Source: the human T2T-CHM13v2.0 reference genome, Homo sapiens. From it: a DNA stretch of 64,000 bases. Made by a program: the position numbers and the translations under genes. Location of the stretch: assembly GCF_009914755.1 (NCBI RefSeq), contig NC_060928.1. One strand, written 5' to 3'. The notes below the pieces were generated by a model. It was not told the DNA's origin and did not search any database. It saw only the letters and a program-made list of their open reading frames with translations. Shown here one piece after another: positions 1-13,291 of the stretch. The first letter of the stretch is position 1; the number at the start of each line of letters is the position of its first letter.

Positions 1-2616
1 AATTTATCAACTCTGTAGGAAAATGAAACAAGTCAGGAAATTATCTCAGGAGTCACTATTAGTCTGCCACAGACCATTCTGAAGGGCTGAAAGCATTACA
101 TGCAGATGGCAGCCTAGGACTAACTTACCTGGAAAAATTGGAATAATAATAACAAAAGCATTTTCCTACCTTTGGTTAGGTCTAATTAAAATATGTAAAG
201 TTTCATAAACTTTTCAGTAAGCAATGCTTCTCAAACGTAAGATACATTGTCCCTTGTATGTGATTTAGAGAAAAATTTCCTACTACTAAACATATGTTAA
301 TTATTTTGAACAGTGGACCTGAAATTTGAGGGCTTTCTGTATTCCTTTATAAGAATATACTGTTGTTATTCCCAGAGAAAATTTTATTATCTTAAATTTC
401 TTTATTCTTCTCCTCTGGTAAATAGATGAGTTACTTCAGATAACATGATCTAAATTAATATTTCCAACAATTGGATAATTACGCTTGGTATTTTGCTTAC
501 TCTGATTGGTTATTGGTCATTGAGTGGTTTTGCGGTTATATTAAGGAAAAGGAGGAGACAGAGACAGTCAAAATATGAGAATTGCTTTATGTTTTTTTTT
601 TGGAATAATATATCAAATCAAAGAGGTATATTTCTGGTTATGTTTGTTCTGCTTGATCTCTGGTTGTTACATAAGTTGTTATATATTACCAAAGCTTATT
701 CATCTAAAGTGGTTTTTCATTTAGTGTCTTGTAAAGGACATAATCAGTTTTTCAATCATAGTCATAGAAATAATGATAATAGTAATTTTGATATTTACAT
801 TATCTCAGCTTAAAATCTCTAAATTTTCATCAAGATCCTGAGTAAATAATATTATCTATTTACTCTGCATAGTAGCTTTCTGCTTGTTCTAAAAATAGTT
901 GGAAAATGTGCAAACTATATTGTGTCTAAATGAAAAGAGATGCCTGCTTATTTTTAGAGGTATTTCTTATTTTATTTTGACATTAGAAAATAACTTTAGG
1001 TATTTTTTAGTGAAGACAGTCTTTATAAAAACATAACATTTAGAAATAGGAATATTAAAATACATTAGTTCAGGAATGTCTATTTTTGGCCTATTTCTAT
1101 TATAATATCAAGGACCTCAGCTGAGATACTACTACTTTTAAAACACTAGATTTATTTATTAAAAGACATATACCAATACATTCATGGTTGTCTTTCACGT
1201 ATTGGTAATTATTGAAAAATATTATTTATAAGTACTTGCCTTATTTCCTTGAAGTCTGTTTATTTTAGGAGGATTTGTTTTCACAAGAACTAAAGAGTTA
1301 CTAAGGAAAGATAATTTGTTTTCCAACACAGTGTATCCAAAATAATTTCTGTGGAATATTAATATTGAATTGTCATGGAAAATTCTAAACTAGAAATTTA
1401 TTACACGAAAGCAACAACAATGTTATGATCTTTACCATCTACCACATCATTGTTTGCCTAAGGTTGAAGTGCTGGTTTTTAAAATATAGTGATGGTAATT
1501 TTAATTTCTAAGTTAATTTATGTTAACTGTCATACATAAATTTGACCATTGTTAAATGTATCCCAATTTTCCCTATTCTGTCATTGTGTAGCTCTCCCTT
1601 TAACCTTCTCTTCTTCCTTTTTTGTTTTCTCCTCTTCTACCATCTCATGAAAGAAATGATCTTTATTTAAACTAAATTATCTTTTTTTTCAATATAGCAT
1701 ATATTGTCAGCTTTTTAGATAATCACTTAATTAAATCAGGAACGTACATTTCAATAATATGGCATGAAGTTTCTCAAAGTAGGGAGCCTAGATGATGGCA
1801 TTTTTTCCAAGTCCTGACACTGACATATGCATATTGCTTCTGAACTGTTTTTTCCATAAAACATTGCAGAGTTCAAAAGTATTACGTCTTTTAAAAGGCT
1901 ACCTTTTTCTCCATCTGTCTCTTCTATGGTTTAATTAATAAACATTCACCTAGTTTCTCTAATCTCTAGTGCTAAAAAGTTTACATTAATATAGAATATA
2001 GTTTTTTAAATATGAAGGTATTTTTCATTATTTTAACCATGTGCTGATATCTAGATTAGGTAAAAATCCATAAAAATGCTATATGACATTGTTAATTTGA
2101 AATTATTTCAGCATATTTTTACAAGCATAATAATGAAATATGTCTGTCTCAATTTTGGGGAAAAAAATGATGGAAATCAAAGAAACTAGTAATTTTTCAG
2201 GAAAAGCCGAAACTGTGAGTATTTTAATATTTCTATGCCTATTAGAAAAAAAATTAAAAGCCTTTAAACTTCTTTCAAAAAGCAATTGGACTGACATATT
2301 TTTCTTTTTAAAATTAAAGAATAAGGACATTGAAAATTTCACAGATTTCTCAAAGATATCTGTTATTTAATTCAGTTTTTATTTGTAGTAAAGAAAAAAG
2401 GACAGTTGAACATTAAACTCAGCTAGTATATGTAGGAGTAATATTGCTTCCTATTTGCAACAAGCCAAGTAAAAGTTGAGAATAAGCTTTTGGAAACTTT
2501 TATAACAATTTAATATTTGTTACAACATTCATGCATATGATCAGTGGATTTTTTTGTTGTTGTTGAGGAGGGTAAATTTTAAAAAAGAATTGGTATATAA
2601 AACAGATGCATTAAAA

Positions 2617-3107
2617 CAGTGGTGCCCAACCTTTTTGGCACTAGGAACCAGTTTTGTGGAAGACAGTTTTTTCATGGACCTGGGGTGGGATGAGGTGGTG
2701 GATGGTTTTAGGATGATTCAACTGCATTACATTTATTGTGCACTTTATTTCTGTTATTATTACATTCTAATATATAATGAAATAATTATACTGCTCGCCA
2801 TAATGTAGAATCACTGGGAACCCTGAGCTTGTTTTTCTGAAACTACATGGTCCCATCTGGAGGTGATGGGAGATAGTGACAGATCATCAGGCATTAGATT
2901 CTCATAAGAAACAGGCAGCCTAGATCCCTCCCATGCACACTTCACAATAAGGTTCATGCTCCTGTGAGAATCTAATGCCACTGCTGATCTGACAGGAGGC
3001 AGATCCTAGGTGGTAATGTTTGCTTGCCTGCTGCTCACCTCCTGCTGTGCATCCGGGTTCCTAACAGGCCATGGGCCAGTACGTGGCCTAGGGGTTGGGG
3101 ATCCCTG
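2617..3107 (+). mobile_element. MER1A-like hAT-Charlie DNA transposon
   Basis: Termini CAGTGGTGCCCAACC...GGTTGGGGATCCCTG form imperfect TIRs; 8-bp TSD CATTAAAA (2609-2616)/CATTAAAT (3108-3115); internal sequence matches recalled MER1A. Confidence 0.85.
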
Positions 3108-3128
3108 CATTAAATAATTGACAAACAA

Positions 3129-3446
3129 GACCGGAGGTGGTGGCTTACACCTGTAATCCCAGCACTTTGGGAGGCGGGCAGATCACTTGATCCCAGGAGT
3201 TCAAGACCAGCCTGGGCAACATAGTGAGACCCCCATCTCTACAAATAAAATAATTAGCCAGTCATGGTGGTGCGTATCTGTGGTCCTTGCTACTTGCAAC
3301 GCTGAGGTGGGAGGATCACTCTGGAACCCAGGAGGTCGAGGTTGCAGTGAGCCGAGATTGTGCCACCACACTCCAGCCTGGGTGACAGAGCCAGACTCTG
3401 TCTCAAAAAACAAAAACGAAAAAAAACAAACATCAAACAAAAAAAA
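3129..3446 (+). mobile_element. Alu, J-type
   Basis: Dimeric Alu with AluJ-like GATCACTTGA..CCCAGGAGTTCAAGACCAGCCTGGGCAACATAGTGAGACCCC and an A-rich tail. Confidence 0.9.
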
Positions 3447-3939
3447 TCGAAGAGGTCCTTCGCCATAGACAGTTTGTGAAGCACTGGTTTCGAAAAAAAA
3501 AAAAGTCTTGTTTGAGGTGATTTTTTTTGTATAGGGTTATTCTTGAAAAAATTTAGAAAAACCTTCTTTAACGTTTAATAAAATAATAATCGATGTTTTA
3601 AAATAGTTTATGCCAAATGACTTTTTTTTTTCACTTTTAGAGGAGGTGCATAGGATCCCATCTTGTGCTTAAGTTGGGTCCACTCCTTGAATGAGACATA
3701 CAGAATATGGAGTTTGGTGAGGGAGATAGTTTTGGGGGTTAACCTTTGACTGCAGCATAGGTTAAAGGGATTAAACTGATTGTATGTTGGTAGTAGAGCA
3801 ATGAAGGCCTTCAGTAAGACTTGTTGCATTTTTTAGAAAATGAAAGATGAATTTTAGGCAAGGGTTTCAGTTGGGGATTGAGATTGGTCTAAATTGCTTA
3901 AATACTGGACAAGGGGAGGAGAGGCTTCTGTGGCTGCAA

Positions 3940-4280
3940 AGAACTCTTTTTCTACTGTCCTTACATGTGACCTTCATTTTTGTGCTTATAAATGGTGGCT
4001 AGAGTGCCTGCCAGTTTCGATGCTCTCGCTAGAGAAAGAGAAGAGCAAGAAGCAAAAGGCACATTTCATGTAAGATTGCTACCCATTTTGGAAATTTTGC
4101 TCAACAACTTTCTCTTATATTTTCGTTGGACAAAATATCATGTGTTCTCCCATATCTGAAAGAGTAGAAGCGCAATTTCTCTTTAGGGTCAGAACAGGAT
4201 TGCTGCCAAGAGAATTGGAGTTCTGTTAAGGGAGAAGTAGAGAATCAATACTGGGTAATCACCTAGTGGTCTCTGCCATA
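3940..4280 (-). mobile_element. Old MaLR solo LTR fragment (MLT1J/K-like)
   Basis: Ends in GGAGTTCTGTTAAGGGAGAAG...CTAGTGGTCTCTGCCATA, resembling the MLT1K terminus; highly diverged, boundaries approximate. Confidence 0.5.
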
Positions 4281-5033
4281 GCAATTGTCTGATATTCTGC
4301 AATTGAGCATATTTCAGGCCGTGAACATCGGACATGGTTTTGTCTTCACAATGGCAGCAAATTTAGATAAAATTTTGTTTGGGGTCATCTTGTGTGCATT
4401 TCTTCTGTATCTTCAGCATGGTCTGTGCCTTTGTCTTTTTGCAGTATGTTTTTCTTCCTATTGATACTTTCTCTTGTCTCACTAAGAGCTTTGTTCTTTG
4501 ATAAAATAATACAGATTGATAAATTCCACAAAGGAAAACAACGCACTGAATTAAAACAGACTATTTAAATACAGAAGCAGCATTCTGTTCAGATAATTCT
4601 CAGTAGGGCCAAATCTTTGTTCATTTTTAAATAAAATGATCTATTCATTCACATTAATATGTGTTAATGAAATTAATGTGGCATGGTACTTAATATTATT
4701 AATTGTGTTAAATGTTCATGCTTCCATGAGGGCCATTTAAGAAGAGGTACTCAGTTGGATATACAGGTAGCATACAGTAACATTTAAAACTTCTATCGTG
4801 TATAAAAAGAAAAAAGTTAAATTAATTTAGATGTTTATTTACAGTTTAGTGACTATAAATAGAAATCCTATGTCATGAATTTCAATAATTTACTTGATTT
4901 AGAAAGCTTTACTATGGTTTCAATGACATTGTAATTCTCAGAATGCATAGCTTAGATGACAATTATTTTGTTAAGAATGTTGGTATACTTTCTCACAATT
5001 TAAAACATGTAGGTAGATTTAATATATAATATA

Positions 5034-5604
5034 CAGTAAATCTTCAGTTAACATAATTAGTAGGTCTTTGGAAACTGCTATTATAAGTAAATGAAGTGAT
5101 GTATAATGAAACCAATTTTACTATATGCTTATTAATGGAAGTGAGTTAAGTTCCTAAGGTATATTTCTGATCACAAAAACATCACCAATTTCTAAATAAA
5201 GACCAAAATACTTCTAATATTAACATTGAAATAAATGTGAGCTCTATATACATTTAAGAAAGAATAATGAAAACAAGTGAGATAACTATTTATTCACTTA
5301 TTCCAGTTCAGGGTCGCCAGTGGCCAGAGCCAACCCAGGGGGCAAGGTGGAAACCCACCCTGGACAGGATGTCCATCCATTGCAAGGCACACTCACACAG
5401 CCACCCACACTCAGACTGGAACCACTGAGTAAGAACAGTTGACCTAATGTAAACATACTTAATTTGGGATATGGGAGGAAACCAGAATACCCCGAGTACC
5501 CACACAGACTCCACATGCAAACTCCACACAGACAGTGGCCCCTGGAAATCAATTTGTTTTTCTCATCAACATTACAGTGAAAGAACTTATTTGAGGACAT
5601 GCTG
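5034..5604 (-). mobile_element. MER6A-like TcMar-Tigger DNA transposon
   Basis: TA-flanked; CAGTAAATCTTC...GAGGACATGCTG termini; internal GGGAGGAAACCAGAATACCCCGAG...CACATGCAAACTCCACACAGACAGTGGCCCC typical of MER6. Confidence 0.8.
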
Positions 5605-5653
5605 TACGCAGTCAATTTTTAGCAGCATTGTAATTTTTTAAAAATTTTGATTG

Positions 5654-5713
5654 TTATTTTCACAGATTTAAACATATTTAGATTTATTTTCACAGATTTA
5701 AACATATTTAGAT
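5654..5713. repeat. Perfect 30-bp tandem duplication
   Basis: TTATTTTCACAGATTTAAACATATTTAGAT x2. Confidence 0.95.
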
Positions 5714-6045
<332 letters not shown>

Positions 6046-6295
6046 TAATTTCCTTTAATCTGATTGGGCATGACAACATAATAAAACATTTTATGCCACA
6101 TTTTTCTATTGTCTTCATTTGTTCTCCCATGATATCTTTTACATAGAGAGTATTTTTAATTGAGCAAAATAATATCACTATATGATGGTAGATTCGATTT
6201 TCTAATCAGTATTTTTAAAATATTTTGGTTTCCATAAAATATTCATTGGTTAGTTTCTTCACATATTTTTATCATGATGAACCCTAGAATAATAA

Positions 6296-6623
<328 letters not shown>

Positions 6624-6854
6624 AGGAAAGTTTAAAGATAGGCTTAAAGTCTCATTTGTGTAAGTGGAAATACTAAAGCACAGAGTACCTAAGGTCATAC
6701 CCAAGGTCAAAAAAAAAAAAAAAAAAAAAAGTCTACTTACATTTGGAGGTGAATAAGAACTTCATTATATAAATCTTTGTTTTTATGACTTGTATCAAAG
6801 AACACATTTTCACACTAGCTGAAAAATTCCACTCTAGTTATTTTGTAGTATTAG

Positions 6855-7370
<516 letters not shown>

Positions 7371-9149
7371 AAGTGTCAACAACAAGAATAATTTCTATCT
7401 CTTTGGCACTTTAAAAAGTACTATTTATTGTTATTCCAGTGCCTTATTTATTTGGCCTGCTTATTTTTCTTACATTTTATACAGAGAAATCAGGAAAAAT
7501 ATTTCTAAATGCTTTGATGCCACTTACAAGTAGGAAGAACTTCCTCATGATTTCAACATGATTTAATTTTATGATTAAAATTATTTAATTATTTCTAACT
7601 TTATAATTAAAATCACTTAATTTCTATAAATATTGTGATCGGTACCATTAAGTAAAGGTATATTAGGGACTTTAGTAAAGTATTGTAATGACAGATAGTT
7701 CTATGGATACAATTGATGCCCATGAGTCAAAACACCTTGATCATGAAGATTTTAGTATTTATTTTCAGGAAAACTATCCACAACATTTGTAAATAAATAT
7801 GACTTTTCTTCATTCATTATTAATTTATTCCTGCACCGCTTTTTGGTCTAAAAACATCTATTTATCCTTCATCATTCATCTATTCATCTATTCATCCTTG
7901 CTAAGGACCCAATTCAATACCACAAGTTGTGTGAACCGTTTTGTAACTTGATTTTTAACTTATATAATATTTATAACTTATATAAAGGATATACTTAAAA
8001 AATTGTCCAATCAAAGATGTGCCCCAACAAAGTGAGAGACTGCTTTGCATTTTCGTGTCTTTCTACGTCTGAGTGATCTACAGATTTCAGTGTTTATGTG
8101 TTCTGACTGGGGAGTCTTGAGAATTTTTCATTAAAAGTAAAGTTTAAAGCCTCAGAGTTAAAATGGGTGTATAACATTTTCAATGTATCAACTTCAATGT
8201 CCCTAGAAAGTTAACCAACTACAATATCTTCCTTAAAACATTCTTAAATATTTGTTTTTTTCTAAGAAGTAAACAGTAGTTTCTTTCATTTCTCATCATG
8301 TATTTTCAGCCAAGATTGTGGCAAACATATGCCACTAGCATGCTTGTGAATGTATACTAACATATTCACAAACATGCCATGTTTATGCATACACACAGAT
8401 ATGGAAAAGTAGAAGAGTTATGGAGTACCTTATTTTATACTTGGTTATATTATTTACTAATGTTTCTAAGATTTTTTCTGTAAACGTGATAAAACCAAAA
8501 TTGGTCCAACATATCTTCCTAAGTAGAATAGACAAATAAGCATTTGAGACTAATGTAGATGTTTCAGTGTACCTAATTCATTGATATTATAAAAGTTAGT
8601 AACACCCTGCTTGGGGGAATATCTGTTCTATGAATGAATAGTAATCTGCCCACATAGTTTTCACTTACATAAAATAATTAATTATGTGATTTGATTTTTG
8701 TGTGAAGCTTCAAGAATATATATAAATAGATAAAAAATATAAATAATATATATTCTTAGAAATATGTATGATTAAGAATATGTATGTGTACATATAAATG
8801 GTGGGTTGCTATCTTGGTTTGGCAAAAAATAAGAATGTTATATAGATGACTGAAAAAGTAACAATTTTGGTAAATCCAAAGAAAGGTGAAAATTCCTCAT
8901 GATTAATTCTTAGCCTTAGAATTATAAAGAGGTGGAGCTGAGAGACCTAAGTGAGCCTGTAGTATGAGAGTTCTGATATCAATTTGGGGGCACATGGCTA
9001 AGACATTAAGAACTAGGTAAAATTTTGAGGTAAAATTATATAGCTTATCTGAGTTAGTTTCTCTCCAAATTTTGCAGTTTTACATATCTGGTTTATGTAG
9101 TATTTTTGTACAGCAAGATGAGAAGATTCCAAAGAAAGGGATGTTGAAG

Positions 9150-9936
9150 TTGAGAGTCGACTACCCAAATGAAACAACCAGAAAACGTTGACCATTTCAG
9201 TAGACAAACAGGATGATTAAGATTTGGATACATAGAGAAGGAACAAATAGAAGCAGCCCTTGGAACAGCATGGGCAAACCCAGAGGCCATGCACTTCCAT
9301 ATTTCAGGAAACATTGAATCCAGTGTGGATAGGATTAATAGAAGACAAGATGGGAAAGTGTATAGGAGTTTAACTTCAGAGCTATTGAACATTGTGTTAG
9401 ATAATCTGGACTTTATGCTACATCAACATGATGTCATCTGAGCCTTGATGAAGGTATAGGGAGAATCCATGAACATAGTTTGATCTGGCAGAGAGCAGTA
9501 TGGAAGATAAGTAGTGGAAAGGGACTAGGTGGAGGCCAACGGATTAGGGCCAGTAATGCCATTTTAATAGACTGAAATCACAGGGAGTGTAAGAGCTGGG
9601 ATTAGTAGGAGAGGGTCATGATTGTGAGAGGTTTCAGACTTTTAAAGCCTGCTGAAAGTCCTGGTTGTGTTGTTCTTTATTTAGTTGGAAATGCATTGTT
9701 TTGGAATTTAGAACCAGGGCCATGGTTAACCTGAGATAAGAAGAAATGGGTTTAATGTGTGTATATGGTAGCCATAAGCCATGGAAGGAGCACAGAGTAA
9801 AAACATTTAAAGGTGAGTTTTTGATGAACACCTCCACTTAAAGAAGTAGAAAATGAAGAGTGAGTGAAGGAGGCCAATAAGGGTGAATGTTAATGAGAAA
9901 TTTAGAAGGAAACCTACAAAAATAGGACAATGTGAC
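9150..9936 (-). mobile_element. Degraded L2 (host of the ERV insertion; continues at about 14353-14450)
   Basis: Purine-rich L2-antisense-like sequence that continues across the ERV TSD; boundaries approximate. Confidence 0.5.
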
Positions 9937-10264
9937 TGTCAGGTTTTAACCTGAGCTGGGGTCCAAAGGGAGTTGATGGACGGGTGGTGGGTAATTGAAA
10001 GAACACTCAGGGGGTGAAGGGGCATAGGCAGGTGGGACATGGCTTTATTATACGCTGTCCCTCACAGTGTCAGTGATACATTTATGCACTTCACAGACAA
10101 CAGTGGCTCAGAGTCAGGTGATGAGCCGACTCATAACATGGTAGCATAACTGTGATTATATAATGCATGGGATTGTGCACCTGCGCTCTAATCCTGCTGC
10201 ATCATGCTGTAACAGATGTTTACCTTGGCCTACTCTTGACTGCCGCACAGCCATTTTCCTTACA
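9937..10264 (-). mobile_element. 3' LTR (LTR18-like), 328 bp
   Basis: Minus strand TGTAAGGAAAATGG...AACCTGACA; contains TATATAA and AATAAA; about 39 substitutions plus a 7-bp indel versus the 5' LTR by manual alignment. Confidence 0.93.
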
Positions 10265-10275
10265 CTCCACCCCCT
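10265..10275 (-). promoter_or_regulatory. Polypurine tract
   Basis: AGGGGGTGGAG immediately upstream of the 3' LTR. Confidence 0.85.
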
Positions 10276-11560
10276 AGGCTGAGGGGGTCCTCTTAGTGGG
10301 GAAACTTGCCCACACGGTGGCACCCTGGACCCATAGGCCACAGCAGTAATACAAGAAGCAACAACCTACTACTAATATCCCTGTTACGCTCCCCATGATT
10401 ATCAGGGCCCAACGTAGGCCAGAGCTCAGGGATGCCCACCATCTCTGTGGGGGGTCGTTAGTAAGGCTCTCAACTGCTTCAACCTCCTGTGCCATCTCTT
10501 GCAAGGCTGCTATTATGTTTTGTTGATTTTCTGGAATAAATGTACAACATTGTGTCCCTATAAGGGCACAGATGCCACCTTGGGCAGCTTACTATATCTA
10601 AGGCCATCCAGTTTTGCAGCACCATCTTTCATCTTTCTGGTTTGATCAACCTCATTGGTTAACAGGAGGAGGGTGACTTGGGTGTAATTCAGGGGCCAAG
10701 CTGTGTGCTCTGCAAGGGCTGTAACCTGTGTTTCTACAGTAATGACACCTGCTCCAGGGATGGTCAAAGCTAAGGGGTAGAGCCACCAAGGGGCTTGCAG
10801 CACTTGCAAAAAGTGGGAACGTAGCACCTCCCAGTTGTATGGGCATCTAGGCAATGTGGGAAGCACAGTGGCAGGCACAAAGGCCATCCCCAGGTACAAG
10901 GGCCAGTCCAGTTCACTGGTGAATATGGCCATTCCATGTCTCCACAGACCCATAAACTCCCAGGGGGCACAAAGTCCATTGGAGCTTGACGTTGATGAGG
11001 CCACCTATTCCACTACACCCTTGGTGTGGTGATATATGTTATATTTGTGCAGGCTATGGTGGGCAAATACCCCATGTTGACACCATCCCATTGTTGCTGT
11101 ATACATCGTGGTACCTGTGGGGTGGGGGCACTATGTGTTCCCCTGCTAACCAGCCCCATTCATCATAGACATTACAGGTCAGCCAGGGGTTGAGCATGTC
11201 ATAGGTTTTGCCATGCCCCCTATCCAAAGTTTACCATTTCACATTCCAGGCATCGCCCATGGGACCCCAAGTCTCTAGCCATGTCCAGTTCTCCATAGAA
11301 GCTAAGTGTATGTGGCAGGGCAAGCCGTCCATAGCTGCTGCTGGAAGGGTGGTGCAGATCCTACAGTTGGAAAGATTAGTCACCTCAGCATAGGTGTGGG
11401 CCCATTTCACAATGCTTTTGCAGCATGTCAATCTATGGTCGAAACGACAAAGCAGGCACAGGTACTAACAAGGATGAATCATGCCCTTCAGGCAAAATAC
11501 AGGCTAACCATTCATTTCTGGTAGCTGCCAGTGGCTTCTGCCCAAGGTGGTGCTCCCCAT
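10274..11560 (-). pseudogene. env: Frameshifted gamma-type env
   Basis: SU CRIC (CXXC, 11354-11365); LWVCGDMEWPYSPVNWTGPCTWG; fusion-peptide-like PWWLYPLALTIPGAGV; ISD VLQNWMALDIV..AAQGG; CX6CC (CALIGTQCC, 10544-10570); TM WALIIMGSVTGILVVGCCFLYYCCGL; stop at 10274; start boundary approximate. Confidence 0.9.
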
Positions 11561-11879
11561 GGTTCCTTTGGGTCCTCTATCTGTGCTAAAGTTACTGGGG
11601 AGCTCATATTAGGCCACACAGATGGTACAGATGTCCCACAGAGGAGGGTTCCTTCCCTGGCCATTCCCCTATGAACAGTCATTCACGGAGGCCATATATT
11701 AAATACCCAAGGAGTGACATGTAAATCACACAGTAGGCCCTCCCCCCTGGGGCTATGGTAGCCAACCATCTGCAATGGGCCTTCGAGAGTCCATGGCCAA
11801 AGCCAGGTTTTTTGTTATCCTGCCTTTAGGTGCATTGAGGCAGGCAACAGCAGATTACCATTCGTCCCCATATCTAGTG

Positions 11880-12387
11880 AGAGGAGGTCATCCTTGGTGT
11901 CTGTATCTGTAACTGAATGGAGGCAGTGGCCCAGTGTAGAAGTGCCCCACTGGGGCTGGGCCACCTTTCTGTGGCTGTTCATTCAAGGTTTGGAGCATCA
12001 GGTCCAACCTTGAACTACAGCCCCACAAAGGCAGGAGAATAACATGCAAATGTAATTCATTTTCCATAAGTCTTGCCACATGGCGTGGCTCCAAATGAGT
12101 TGGTGACCAACTAGCCAATTCGGTAATTTCCAGGTAGTTAACCACAAGATTGGGCCCTGGTAAACTGCCCATCTATTGGTGCAGATTGCCATAGGTGTCT
12201 CCTTCTTGGTGATCACCATCCACACTGCTCTGAGTTCAGCCCACTGACTACTTTGTCCACACCTGATAACAAATCATATGGTGTCAGTACTAGGCTGGAC
12301 CGCAACAGCAGTCCAGGAAGCAGTCGCACCCTGGCTGGACCCATCCATATGCCATGCCCCATCGGGAATGGGGGGGTGCCCCTCTCC
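11880..12387 (-). pseudogene. pol: pol remnants: RNase H (about 12057-12387) fused to the integrase C-terminal part (about 11880-12057)
   Basis: AWHMDGSS, SSQWAELRAVWM and ICTNRWAV (RNase H), then LWGCSSRLDLMLQTLNEQPQKGGPAPV (end of IN core); no RT, HHCC or DDE motifs seen. Confidence 0.8.
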
Positions 12388-12411
12388 TACAGAGTCAGCA
12401 GTACAGTTATG

Positions 12412-12610
12412 TTTTTCACTTTCACTGACTGGCCTCCATAGCCGTCTATGTATGCAGCCTTGCCTGGAAACTTATCTAGGTTCCCATAGACGAGGCTACA
12501 CTCTGCACCAGCATTTACCAATGCCAACACTGGGGAGAGTGGATTGCCAGTTCCACATATGGCCTCTGGTCATCTGGTTTCCCCCCAAGCCAGGCACCTT
12601 GGCCAGTTCC
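12412..12610 (-). pseudogene. pro: Retroviral protease N-terminal half, inactive
   Basis: DDQRPYVELAIH, frameshift, then VLALVNAGAECSLVYG...IDGYGG; catalytic DTG reads NAG (12507-12515). Confidence 0.8.
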
Positions 12611-13291
12611 CTAATCAAACACAAAAGGCTCTTTACCTCCACCCACCTTCAAGTAGTCTTTGAGCTGGAGCATCCTGGTGGAACTGGGTCGAGCAACATC
12701 ATCCTGCCCCGTCTTGGGCATTTTCTGGAATTGCTGCTCTGGGGACAATTGCCTCCACAAAGTTAACAGCACTTCACTGGGTTGCCTATCAGTTTTATCT
12801 CGGTCAACCCCAGCCCAAATCAAGTCAATTCCCATCTGTGTGCAGGTCACCCACTGGGGCGGTTTTTTGTCCCATGAGGTGGCCCCTGTGGAAGGGGTAC
12901 CTTCCCCTTTTTTATGGCACAAAGTCCCTGGTCCTGCCAATGGCCCTCTGCTTCTCTGAGGGCCACCATGGCAGTAGTCATCTCATGTACGCAGTGCCCC
13001 ATGTACAGAGTAAGGACAGTGGCCAGAGAGCCGAAAGCACTCAGGGGTGCAGAGCTCAACACAAGTTCCCTCATGTGGGAGGGAAAGCATTCAACATATG
13101 GCCCTCAGGTATTTAAATCAAACAAAACTTGCCACATACCCATTTCCTGAATTACCTGCACCAGCTCTGCATATGAATGCCATTTACTCACAGTTTTTGG
13201 TATTTCTCTGGCATTGTTCCATACCATTCTATGACAGCCATCAGCCATTCAGTCAGGGTGTGGTCGCCTCGCCCCTGTGTTAACCGCCTGC
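12611..13291 (-). pseudogene. gag: gag 3' portion, frameshifted
   Basis: Overlapping minus-strand ORF fragments 12847-13074 and 12611-12940 ending in TAG at 12611-12613, just before pro. Confidence 0.75.

Noticed and set aside
19-90. Possible terminal exon after CTCTGTAG (ENETSQEIISGVTISLPQTILKG stop)
   Set aside because: Acceptor context is cut by the window edge, the peptide is unrecognised and there is no independent support
493-813. 106-aa ORF and other 60-100 aa ORFs in AT-rich sequence
   Set aside because: Mostly TTG/GTG starts, F/L/I/K-biased composition, no recognisable domains; expected by chance
3187-3484. Alu-derived ORFs (also 5857, 7067, 18427, 24584, 41699, 51836, 62060-62680)
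   Set aside because: Standard Alu translations ([12 protein letters not shown]-like), not genes
12278-12766. 162-aa plus-strand ORF
   Set aside because: Antisense shadow of GC-rich ERV pro/RNase H; no domain similarity evident
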